Assembly: GCA_002633005.1 (NCBI GenBank)
Contig: NMRA01000076.1
Coordinates: forward strand, 1-64,000
Direction: 5' to 3'
Origin: Phoronis australis
Taxonomy: Eukaryota; Animalia; Phoronida
Length of the DNA: 64,000 bases
Shown: piece after piece, positions 38,286 to 50,161 of the stretch
How positions within the stretch are numbered: position 1 is the first letter of the stretch
Layout of the letters: each line of letters starts with the position of its first letter
Notes under the pieces: generated by a model
Seen by the model: the letters and a program-made list of their open reading frames with translations, nothing else
Databases searched by the model: none
Told to the model about the DNA's origin: nothing
Translations under genes and position numbers: made by a program

Positions 38286-38544
38286 TATGCTCACAAAAAT
38301 ATATTTAACGAGTAATATACCATCGACTAATAGTGAATACAGATAAGTAAAAAAACGAGAGCGCTCGGAGGAGTGACACTTGGCGAAATTAACCGAAAAG
38401 AAGACGAGGGGGAAGACGACGACGATGATGACGATGAAGGCGGCAATTATGAACGACACGATGACATTCATGTGACTAGTGAAGAAATAACTAAGAAATA
38501 GGCTGCAGTCTTGTTCAATGAAAGATAAACCAACATCAATGCAG

Positions 38545-39440
38545 CAAGAGCTGTCAACAAAGGAACAGCGAAATTAGAAAATCTCGAACAATTCGAAAAG
38601 TAGACTTCCTAGCGAAAACCGAGAAACATTATCTGAAAGCCCGTTCAAAACTCTATCTAAATTGATGGTAACACACAATTCCGAATTTTTTTCGAAAAAA
38701 CTGAAATTTTGCGTTTTTTTGAAATTCAAAGTCAAATAACTCGAAAACGGTAAGTCTGAGAGAAACGTTATCGCAAAACTTTTAAAAGAGCATACTTCAA
38801 GGAATCCACATGCAAAAATGCACGTCACTTGCTCTTCCCGTTAAAAATGCGACCGCAGAACGATCGAAAATGGCCGGACTGAAAATGCGCCAGAGCCGCC
38901 ATCTTGAAAGTGACTTCCGGTTAAACAAACTTTTACAAAAGCCAATCAAACGAAACAAACAGGTGACGAGATTGAAAGTGATTGGTTCCCCAATGCGCCC
39001 TCTACAGCAGAAAACGTTTTCGGCCAGATATCGAGGTGCGCAAGCGCCACGGCCAATATTTCCGCCATCTTTGACCGGAAAATAACGATTCACCGCGCAG
39101 TTGTAGTACTTGTATTCTGTAATAATCATACTAAGTTTCAGTTCTGTACGTTGAAAAATGCGGTCTCTATGAGCAATTGAATCTGAAACCGTAAACAAAA
39201 TGGCCGCAACGTCCGCCATTTTGAATCCGATCATGACTAAAAACAATAGGCTTCCAGGACTTCCAGATCTACACGTCGTGTGCGAATTTCGTTCGAGTCG
39301 GACGAAAGGTGCGACGGGCAATAAAAAGACGCCACAAGAGATGTAAGACACCTCACGCCCATCCGCTTTCATGTCTAAAAATGCTCAAGGGTTGCTAACG
39401 GACTACTCCGGTAAATCCAGATTCAGCCCCCCCCCGATTC
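38545..39440. mobile_element. Interspersed repeat directly upstream of the copy-C promoter, possibly Helentron-associated (HINE-like)
   Basis: Starts with CAAGAGCTGTC and carries recurring AAAATGGCCG / GCCATCTTG / GCCATTTTG motifs typical of such elements in marine invertebrates. Boundaries are approximate and the family call is inference. Confidence 0.35.
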
Positions 39441-39448
39441 CATGACTA

Positions 39449-39500
39449 TTACACTTGACAAATCACTGTATAGGTACGTGCGACTGCGTTAATATATAAA
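39449..39500 (+). promoter_or_regulatory. Core promoter candidate of copy C (TATATAAA at 39493-39500) within a block conserved with copy B
   Basis: TATATAAA lies about 75 nt upstream of the ATG. The flanking TTACACTTGA...GACTGCGTTAA is shared with the copy-B upstream region (16922-16954 plus 17514-17524). Confidence 0.55.
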
Positions 39501-39573
39501 CCTGTGCGACGAACTTAGAGCAATTGCAAGTGCTACCACCGTTCGTTACCGACTCTCGTCTAACGGAAGCAGT

Positions 39574-39888
39574 ATGTCTCAGCAACTTGTGCGTTATCGG
39601 CTACTGAAAGGTAAACGAATTTTGTACATAGGGCACAAGTTATTTCTCACAAAAACTGAGGACGTTGAAACATCGTTGTGGGCGTATTTGAAAACTTGTG
39701 GCGCGGAGGCGATTTACGTTGTATTGGAATCGAACAAAGAAAACGCATTATGGGCTAACCGTTTGTTTGAGTCTCGTTTGATTGACGACTTTAATGTCGA
39801 TAGTTTAGTTCAAGAGATCGGTGATGATCGACCAAAAAAAGACACTGTTGACGCTGTTATAGAATGGCTTAATGCAAAAGAAATTAAG
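39574..39888 (+). CDS. ATP-grasp ligase copy C, exon 1
   Basis: ATG at 39574, 105 codons MSQQLVRYRLLKGKRILYIGH...AKEIK, donor aag|GTgagc at 39889. A TATA box lies upstream. Confidence 0.85.
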
Positions 39889-41115
39889 GTGAGCAAACTT
39901 AATCAATTCGATCATTTTCTTGTCTTTTAGACCATGCACTTGCTAGTGGTCATGAATTTGGAGATTCCATTTCATTTACTAAATAATTTTGGTCCGTTAT
40001 TCAATGATTGGTTGCCTGCTTTTCAAAATCAGGGAGCGCTACATTGGACTAGTGACCACGTACTTTTTGTTCATTGCAGAAAAATCTTCTCACCGGCCGA
40101 AGCTCATTTCAATTTTGCGTTTGGCTCTCCCTGTTCACTGCAGTGTCCACAGGTTGTCACTGAATTTAACCCTTCATCCCGTTCGCTAACAATTTTGTGC
40201 TTGCACTCCACGACCCCTCCCCCATTGCATTGCCGGAATAGTTTTTTGCTTTACAATATATCACATAACTGGCATGTGTGACGCCCTATTCTCGAGCAGT
40301 TTTCTCTCATTCTCCGGCAATGCAAACTGAATGTGCATTCTAAAAGATGAATGATTTTATGCATAATTCGCACATTCTAGATAAATTACGACTTGAGTTT
40401 TGTTGACTTAATTAAGATACATTGGCAGCAAAAGCGCACCGAAATACTTCTAACCAAGCCCGGGGGACCACATTCCATCTCAAATTCGAGTATCGGGCAA
40501 TAAGTGCGACCTCGGACTAGACTCAGACTCAGTCATTTTTTGTTCGTTACACGCATAAAAATAGTTTCAATGGTAATGCAATTTTTTGTGCCAGGCTTAA
40601 CTTTCGGGTGGACGACTTAAAACTTTGATTGCATCTTCAAAAAGTTCGAAACTTGACTGAAATTTGATGTGAGCATGCGCAAAAATCGCGAGATATCGCT
40701 TCGTACCGCAAGCAAAGCACGCGATTGCACCAAGTTTCCTTTACGACATTTTTGCGTCTACGGATCTCTCCCTAGAATCAACAACCCTTTTTTGCCTTAC
40801 CGATGATCAATATCTGAACCAGCTGTCACAGATCATCCCCCTGACAAACAACCATTAATCATCGTGATTGCCGGGTCCAGATTTTACCTGTACGATGTAT
40901 TTACGTACAGTGTACTGCATAGCTGGCTGGTTAACGGGTTTATTTTTGAAAATTGATGTGAAAAGTCCATACATTTTAGTTGTTCATTTTTCAAAATAAC
41001 CTATCTGAGATGCGTAAAATTGGTGCAATTTTTGTCTTGTTCCTATCTCAAATTAACCATCAAACTTTAACAAAATCAGGCATCATCCATGCTATAAGTA
41101 CTTCAACACGTGTGA

Positions 41116-44100
41116 TAGGCTATGGGCCGTACCTTCAGTCGTTTTATCCTTTAACCATGTCAGGGGGGCAACTTAATTTTTTCTGTATGGATTGATATAC
41201 CATTAAGCAATTGATACCTGAAAAGTTCCGACGTTATAAGTTGTACATTTTTTGTAGAAAAACAGTTTTTTCGAATCTAAATGTTACATTATTGAATAAG
41301 AGGTGGCTCTAAATCCAACAAAAGACTAACACAAAATGGCATCTTAAGCCAATCACAAGCTCAGAAATTAAGAAACTGCAGACCTAATCTAACATGGCGG
41401 CTCCCTCAGGAGATGCTGTCAATGAATGCTGCATACACTCTGAAGTAGTAAGTTCATCTGATCTGTTGAGTTCCTCGAAACTGACATGGGCAAAAAGCAT
41501 TGATTGTGTGAAAGAATGACTTTCCCTTGAAGATGAAGACAGTAATGAGCACAGTGTGTGTCACCAGTTGGCATTTGCATCAAGTAACTTCACGGGATTG
41601 TCGTGGGCTCCAGGCAGTATCACAAATCATGTTATATAAGCTTTCTGACGTTACAAAGATTGAAAGAGCAAAGAGGAAAGATTGCGAAACTACAAAGTAT
41701 GCCAAGAATAGAAACACTGATTATGACCAAGATGATGGTAAGTGCTAATTTATTTCTGGGTGTATGACAAATTTACGCAAGTTACTGAGTCCGTGACAGT
41801 GTAGTCAGTACCTCAATGGGAAACAGGTCACTTCCAACCCAAGTCAACTCGTACCCAAGTCAAATATCAAAAGTATTTCAAAACTATTTAATTTGGAAAA
41901 GCAGTGATTAAAATCAATCAATCATGCCATATGTATGCAAAACGACTAAATATTACCCGTTATTTATTGAATGATAATGAAAATATATTAGTTATGTTTT
42001 TAGCAGGTACGAGTTGGGTGCAAGTTGGCTAATGTACGAAGTGACTGGAAATCCCTCATACACACAACTGGTAAAAAGAATGTGTTCCCTGTACTCGGTG
42101 TCTGGCTTGCTTGTGTTTGAATCGAACATCCGGGTAATTCATTGAAAATAGTCCCGTGTGATGGCACTCAAATTCAGGTAGGACACATAACCCAATGATG
42201 AACATTTTCTTTTGTGTACATTGTTTTTTCTCAGTAACCATAACTCTGGGCATGCTGTAAGATGTCTATCAAAATTATACTTTTTGTAATGCCCAGGGGT
42301 GGGGGGAAAGCTAATATTCATACTCGAAGTTCAGCTCGAAAATTGACAAATTGCATGCCACAATTCGAGCAAATTGACTTGAATTGTGCAGTGTGGATGG
42401 TTAGGCTTTGAGTCTGAGTTTGAAGATTACACCCTGGGCCCAGGTGATTGCCCATCAAAGTAATTATTATTGACTGCAGAATGCACCTACTGTATACCTG
42501 GAGCACCACCTTTACATTCTCAAGCTACTTTTACTCACAGGTTTTACTAAAAGGTGCATAGGTGCCTGAATTTCAGATTTAGGTGCAGCTTCACACATAC
42601 ATGGTGGAAGATTAACGAAATATATAGCAAATACTTTGAGAACAGTCATTTTTTTATTGAGTTTCTACTCATTCAACAGAGTTTGTTGATGGCTTGCTTA
42701 CAAATTAATTTTGTGTAGTGTTGTTGGAACACTATCTTCAAAAGTTCCACTTTTACAGTGTATGTGTTACTTGAAATAACAACATTTATTTGAAGGAAAG
42801 CACAATTTAGAATACTTCCATGATTGTAAAGACTTGTGTGCTTATATGAAATTGTATGTTAATTTTCAAACAAAAATTTGTTTTCAAGACCACTTTGCAT
42901 AGAAACCCATGGATATCTTTTTCAATTTTGAGCACAGCCGGCTAGGCCTTGTCTTAATTTGAGTGTTTTCTATCTGTCTTTCCGTCATTCTTTCTACTTT
43001 CATTCGGTTATTGTGATAAAGAATTGTGAACATCTATCGTTTTGTAGGTCAGGCCTACAATGCTTTCCATATTTTTAAACTCTGACAACGGTTTTTATTT
43101 TTGTTTTGCTTCGTTGTAGGTGAGTTGGTTTTAGATGCTGCTAAGCCAGAAAATGCCGTGGTCTTTTTGTTAGATTACAAGAAAGAGATCTGGTAACAGT
43201 CGAAGCCAAATATCATCGTTCTTGGTACAAAAGCTTCACAAGACCACTGACAAAACAGAAATCTGACGACAGTGAAATTTTAACAGATGTATATCGAGAG
43301 TTTTGCTTTGAAGTTGTGGACCGCATGGAGAAACTTTGCATTTGACTCTTTTTAAGTCACTCCTCTAGGAAACTTTGTCCAAAAGAGGTAAAAATGTATG
43401 TGTCCGAACTGGAAATCTGAAATCGAAATAATAGATAATTTACCCTATTCTACAATTCCTTAGTCCAAAACAGAATCAGAGTGAATTGTTGTTAAACAAA
43501 CATTGTTCTTAAGTAAATTCTGGACTAAAATGCACTGAAATGTGCAACCGCCAAAACTGGGAATGTCAAAGTTAGTGATGAAATTGAGTCAGATTATGAG
43601 AAACAGTGTGATCTACTTGCATCCCAGCCGTAGGAACTTGGATAGACATCTCATTAAGTCACAGAAACCAGGCTAGTAACTGGTCCAGTGAGCCTGGTGA
43701 TTTGTGAAATTTTTTTCTTTTTTCATATTAACTTCTCTAGTATTGACTTTTTATTTTTTTAATTTCTCCGCCTTTTGTACTTCATCTGATTGCATTTGTT
43801 GTTATTCTATACTTTTGTCTTCATTTTTTGACAAATTGTATGCTTTGGACTTGTAGCAATGATTGTTTTTGTAAATGTGTGATAAAGTAAAGGTTAGACG
43901 TAGTCAATTAGAGAATTACAGTTTTACCAACAGTAAAAACAGCATAAAACACTCTGAATGATAGTTCCATATTTCGCCAACAGGTGACACCCATAAATTC
44001 ATATTTCTTCCATAACTCTACATTTTAATTGAAAAACATAACAAAGTATGAGTTTATTATGACTTAATAAAGCCAGTAGGAATATTATCTGCAGTATCAT

Positions 44101-44337
44101 CCTTTTTGGAAACCTTATTTTCTTCCTTTCAAACTTTTTTATTCCAGGTAGAATTTGCTGAATTGGCACAATTTTAACATCAAATTTCACAAAAATGTGC
44201 CAGTGTAAACACGGGAACGTTTTTGATTCATAAATTACAATGATTTGTGACAGCAAAAACACCTGGATTAAATTGCCCCCTAAAGTGGTCACAGAAGTGG
44301 TTTTCTAGGCTTCCTGTGGCCTACGGCCCATGGCCTA
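41116..44337 (+). mobile_element. Academ-like non-autonomous DNA transposon, copy 1 (3.2 kb)
   Basis: Ends are TGA|TAGGCTATGGGCCGTA...TACGGCCCATGGCCTA|TGA: TAG...CTA termini with a 3-bp TSD. A degenerate transposase remnant lies near 43170-43460. Confidence 0.75.
41818..42055. mobile_element. Small MITE nested in the Academ-like element (present in all copies)
   Basis: Imperfect TIR GGGAAACAGGTCACTTC / GAAGTGACTGGAAATCCC with ACCCAAGTCAACTCGTACC subrepeats. Counterparts lie at ~47910-48156 and ~51997-52232. Confidence 0.55.
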
Positions 44338-45450
44338 TGACATGTATACCTTCTATGGGGTGTGCATACATGTACATGTATGCTGACGTAGTAGGGGGAG
44401 AATGTGAAGCCACATCTCTGTCAAAAATCATAAAAATCGAGAAAACATCGAGACGTACATGTAGCACACGATTTGGATACTATTATCTAACGTTTTTTGT
44501 ACTCCTGTGTGTACCTATATAAGTACGCTTTCGAGTTTCGTGCGGGATTGTAAGTACATCAATGCTGGCTTCGCACGGTTACAGGCTAGTGTAAGGGAAT
44601 CACCTTTTGCCGGGTTTACGCTACGCATGGCAGTTGCCGTAGTGATACATGCTTGAGTTAGGAAACAAAAATATCACCTGAGATATGTGCTGTTATCAAT
44701 GATTTTAAGTATTACTTGGCATTGTCATCCAATTTTTTGTATTTAGTATTCATTCTTTGTCGAACGTCCGTTTTTATAGTTACAGTATTTCACCGCACAC
44801 AAATGTGTTGGTGGTAATACCGCGAACTACATACACGCAATGTGTCTTTATTACCATACCTCAAATTCTCATGTACAGATCTATTTGTGAATGTATGTTT
44901 CACGTGTCAAACTGTAGTGAACAAACTCGTCAATCAAATTAGCTTGGTGCTATTCCCATTATAGCAGAGCATGGGGTCGGATTGTTGTGCGAACATAATG
45001 TGGCAGAGAGAAGCTCAGTGGCCTCCGCATGTATAGAATACAACAGCTTCTGCTGTGTTGTTTTCCAGCAAATGGAGTCTAACCACACACCTCTTTCAAA
45101 GTATCCAATACCTGACACTGTATTGCACGCAGATATTCAAATAGTGTTCGATTAGGTTCATGGGGGATTTTTTAGTGTTTGTCGGAATAAGTATTGATTA
45201 AGTAATTAGTAGAAATAGATAAATTTAAGTTGCCCAAAATTTGTGGATATGTACTTTTAAATCAAAGAGTTAACTTGTTGACATGTATTTTAACGTCAAA
45301 ATCTAGTTTTTAGATGGTGTTAACTACTTTGGTTCTGGGGTTAAAGGAGAATGCCACCCAAAAAACAACCTATTTTGTGTCAATTTAGATCGAGTAGTTC
45401 TACTCGATAACGGCATGTTCCGTTACGTTACCTGACAACTGACGGCAGAC

Positions 45451-48400
45451 TAGGCCATGGGCCGAAGGCCACAGGAGGCCTAGAAAACCACTTATGTGAC
45501 CATTTTTGGGGGGGCAATTTAATTCAGGTGTTTTTGATGTCACAAATCATTAAACTTTATGAATCAAAAACGTTCCCGTGTTTACACTGGCACATTTTTG
45601 TGAAATTTGATGTTAAAATTGTGCCGATTCAGCAAATTAAAAAAAGTTAGAAAAGAAGAAAATTAAGAGTCCATGAAGGGTGACACTGCAGATAATATTA
45701 CTAAAGGCTGTATTAAGTCATAATAAACACATACTTTGTTATATTTTTCAATTAAAACATAAAATTATGGAAGAAATGTGAATTTATGGGTGCCACCTGT
45801 TGGTGAAATATGGAACTACCATTCATAGTGTTCTATGTTGTTTTTACCGTTGGTAAAACTATAATTATCAAACTGTCTATGACTCACTTTTATTTTATCA
45901 CATATTTACTCATCTGTTATACAAAAACAATCACTGCTACAAGTCCAAAGCATACAATTTTTCAAAAAGTGACGACAAATGTATAGAATAGCAACTAATG
46001 CAATTGGATGAAGTACTAAATGCAGAGAAATTAACAAGACAAAAAGCCATTACTAGAGATGTAAATATGAAAATAGAAAAATATTTCACAAATCACCAGG
46101 CTCAGTGGACCAGTTACTAGCCTGGTTTCTGTCACTTGATGAGATGTCTATCCAAGTTCCTCCGGTTGTGATGCAAGTCCATCACATTGTTTCTCATCAT
46201 CTGACTCAATTTCATCACTAACTTTGACATTCCCAGTTTTGGCAGTTGCACATTTCAGTGCATTTTAGTCCAAAATTAACAGAAGAACAAATGTTTGTTT
46301 AACAACAATTCACTTTGATTCTGTTTTGAACTAAGGAATTGTTAGTATAGGGTAAATTCTCAGTAATTTCAATTTCAGACTTCCAGTTCGGACACATACA
46401 TTACAACCTCTTTTGGATAAAGTTTCCTCGAGGAGTGACTTTAACAGAGTCAAATGCAATATTTCCCTATGCTCCACAACTTCAAAGCAAAACTCTTGAA
46501 GTACATTTGTGAAAATTCCACTATCGTTAGATTTCTGTTTTGTCAGTAGTTTTGTGAAGCTTTTGTAGCAAGAACGATAGTATTTGACTTCGAGTGCTAC
46601 TAGATCTCTTTCCTGTACTATGATCAAAAGGTAAATGCCATTTCCTGCCATAGCAGCATCCAAAAACAACACACCTACAACCAAGCAAAACAAAAATAAA
46701 AACCGTTGTTAGAGTTTAAAAATATGGAAAGGATTGTAGGCCTGTCCTACAAAATGATAGATGTTGACATGTACTCAATTCTTTAGTGCAATAACTGAAT
46801 GGAAGTAAAAAGAATGACCAAACCATTGATAGTAAGCACTCAAAATGAGACATGCATATACACGGCCTGACGTGTTGTGCTCAAAAGTGAAAAAGATACC
46901 CATGGGTTTGTATGCAAAATGGTCTTAAAACAAATTTGAAAGTTAACATACAATTTCAGATATGCACACACGTCTTTACAATCATGGAAGTATTCTAAAA
47001 TGTACTTTCACTCAAATAAATTTTGTTATGTCAAAAAACACATAAAAGTAGAACTTTTGAAGATAGTGTTCCAACAACACTGTACAAAAATTCTTTGAAA
47101 GCAAACCAACAACAAACTATGTTGAATGAGTAAAAACTCAATAAAAATGACTGTTCTCAGAATATTTGCTATGTGTTTTGTTATTCTTCAACCATATGGG
47201 TGAATCTGCACCTACATCTGAAATACAGGAACCTATGCACCTTTTAGCAAAGTCTGAGAGTAAAAAAGCTTGAAAATGTTAAAGGTGGTGCTCCAGATAT
47301 AGGTGCATTCTGTAGTCATTAATTACATTATAGTAGAACTAAAGTAAAACACTAGTAAAACGACGAGCGTCGGTAGTAAAATATATTAAAATATCCCCAA
47401 GTTTTGAGCGATGCGCTCTATGTCAAGGGTGTGCTATAGACTCTTTTGTATTTTTATTCATCAGGAACCGCACGGCATTCCAACATCTATTTGATTTCAA
47501 TAATGACATTGATGGCCAATCACCTGGGCCCAGGGTGTAATCTCCAAACTCAGACTCAAAGCCTAACTATCCACAGTGCACAATTCAAGTGAATTTACTA
47601 GAATTGTGGCATGCAATTGGTTAGTTTTCGAGCTGAGCTTCGAGTATGAAGATTACCTCTCCCCCATCCCTGGACATTACAAAAAGTATAATTTTGATAG
47701 ACCATGCCCAGAAGTATGGTTAATGAGAAAATAACAATGTACACTGAAGAAAATTGTCATCTTGTTATTGGATTATGTGCCCTACCTGCATTTGAATGCC
47801 ATCACACGGGCCGATTATTCAGTGAATTATCTGGATGATTGATCCAAACACAAGCAGGCCAGACACAGAATCCAGGGAACACAGTCTTTTTACGAGTTGT
47901 GCATGTGAGGGTTTTCCAGTCAGTTCGTACCTTAGTCAACTCGCACCCAAGTCAACTAGTACCTGTGCTAAAAGCAATTACTAATAAACTTTCATTTTCA
48001 TTCACTAAATAACGGGTAAAATTGAGTTGTTTTTCATAAATATGGCACGATTGATTGATTTTTTAAATCACTGCTTTGCCAAATTGCATAGTTTTGAAAT
48101 ACTTTTGAAATTTGACTTGGGTATGTGTTGATTTGGGTATGAAGTGACCTGTTTCCTACTGAGGCACTGACTCAGTAACTTGCATCAATTTATCATACTC
48201 CCACGAAAAATTTAACACTCACCATCATCTTTGTCGTAATCAGTGGGTTCTATTCTCGGCATACTTTATAGTTTCGCAATCTTTCCTCTTTGCTCTCTCA
48301 ATCTTTGTAACGCAAGCAAGCTTGTATAACATGATTTGTGATACTACTGCGTGATACCCACGGCCACGCCAATCCCTGAAGTTACTTGATGCAAATGCCA

Positions 48401-48834
48401 ACTGGTGACACACATTGTGCTCATTACGGTCTTCATCTCCAAGGGAAAGTCATTCTTTCACACAGTCAATGCTCTTTGCCCATGTCACTTTCGAGAAACT
48501 CAGCAAATCAGATGAATTTAGTGCTTGAAGGTGTATGCAGCATTTATTTACAGCATGTTAGATTAGGTCTGCAGTTACTTAATTTCTGAACTTGTGATTG
48601 GCTAAAATGCCATCTTGTGCTAGTCTTTTGTTGGATTTAGCGCTACCTCTTGTTTAATAATGTAACATTTGGACTCACAAAAAACAGTTTTTCTACAAAA
48701 AATGTGCAACTTAAAACGTGGGAACTTCTCAGATATCAATTGCTTAATGGTATATCTAGCCATAAAGAAAAGTTCCAAGTTGCCCCCTAAAATGGTCACA
48801 AGATGAAAAGACTGGAGCTACGGCCCATGGCCTA
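45451..48834 (-). mobile_element. Academ-like non-autonomous DNA transposon, copy 2 (3.4 kb), nested in a Kolobok element
   Basis: Ends are GAC|TAGGCCATGGGCCG...CGGCCCATGGCCTA|GAC. It is the full-length reverse-complement homologue of 41116-44337. The empty site is visible in the second Kolobok near 57920. Confidence 0.8.
46331..46693 (-). pseudogene. Transposase N-terminal remnant (RDLVALEVKYYRSCYKSFTK), also at 50431-50808
   Basis: Resembles the DLxAxExxYHxxCYxxF motif that I recognise from Academ-type transposases. It lies inside a TIR/TSD-bounded element, and no catalytic core is visible. Confidence 0.55.
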
Positions 48835-50161
48835 GACGGAGGTGTTGAAATTATCCAATGACTTAATTAGTTTCACACGCAGTCTGTTCAGCAGTTTACA
48901 ACACGGGTTAGTGGTGTCAGCTTATCGCTTGAATTCATCGTTTAACACCAATAAATCATCAAACTTCGATGTTAAACCCTTAAAAATGCATCGATTTCTT
49001 ATAAAATGTGTTGTTTTATTTCGCTGTTACGAATTTACTGGTATTTGGACATACGGTAGCCTTCAAAATTAGGCACTGAGGCCGTCATTAGCAGGAGTTT
49101 GGGGTCTGTTTGGAGATAAATTCGAAGTATTCTTCCGTGAAGTAGGCAGGAGAACCTAGATCTTTGTTGTTTATACTTGTGATTTTTTGAGTTCTCCCAG
49201 CCAGTGGCTTGCACCAGATCAGTACCGTCGCGGCCGCCGGGACTGGCACGAACATAAACCAGCTTGAGATGGAAACTAAACCTCCAGTCACGAGAAGACT
49301 ATGATAGTGAGCCAAAGAAATAATGTGCACGTAATTATTTATATGAATTAGCCACGAAACTGAAAATCAACTTACTTGTCGGGGGCCGCGAATTCGGGTT
49401 CCCCTTCCACAGACCGTCAGGGCAAAGTTTGTACAGTAAAAATGATTTGAATAATGTATTTTAGTAAATAAAGATTCCCCTAACATGTGACAATAGCATA
49501 TAAAATCGAGTAATTGTTTCACAACAGATTTCTGTCAGCAAACACTGAATTAGCATGCGTTCACACGGCCTCCGTACCCTGTCAGTTACTTTTGTTACCG
49601 GCATCAAAAGCCGGTAACGCAGTGATTTATTCTTTGCTGGCTTCTCAAAACATTTGCACTCACGAGCACTACAAGGCATCAATTGTATCTAATGAGACAG
49701 ACTTTGTTTCAGTTTCATATAAACATTGGTTAGGATCATTTTAGGATGAGTTCATTTTGAAACGGAACGCAGAATAGTAATCGTCTACATGGCAACTCGC
49801 CCAGCGCCAATCCCGACGTAATGAAGAGCTCATCCGACGAAGACTTCACGGATCGTTAGGTTTCACAGGATATCAGTTCGAACCGGAATACACTGATCAA
49901 GAAATACTAGAGAGGCGCTGTGAACATGCATAGGCAACAGAACGTATGGATAGTTCTTTGGTAAGCCGGAATTCGTCAGAGAAATCAAGGTCGACGAAAT
50001 GCCGGCCGCAGACATTGAGATGTTTCAGGGCCTCATACTTGCGTACCTTTCATTCTTCACTACCGCGAGCCACTTCCTAAGCATTTCGGGCTCTCGAGGA
50101 AGTCGAAAAAACGTTATACCGGCTTTTTTCACATCTTCATAGCTCGGACAAGCAGGAACAN

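Noticed and set aside
38797-39372. 191-aa minus-strand ORF divergent from copy C
   Set aside because: No domain motif. It lies in an interspersed repeat with recurring AAAATGGC/GCCATTTT motifs and is probably a chance ORF.
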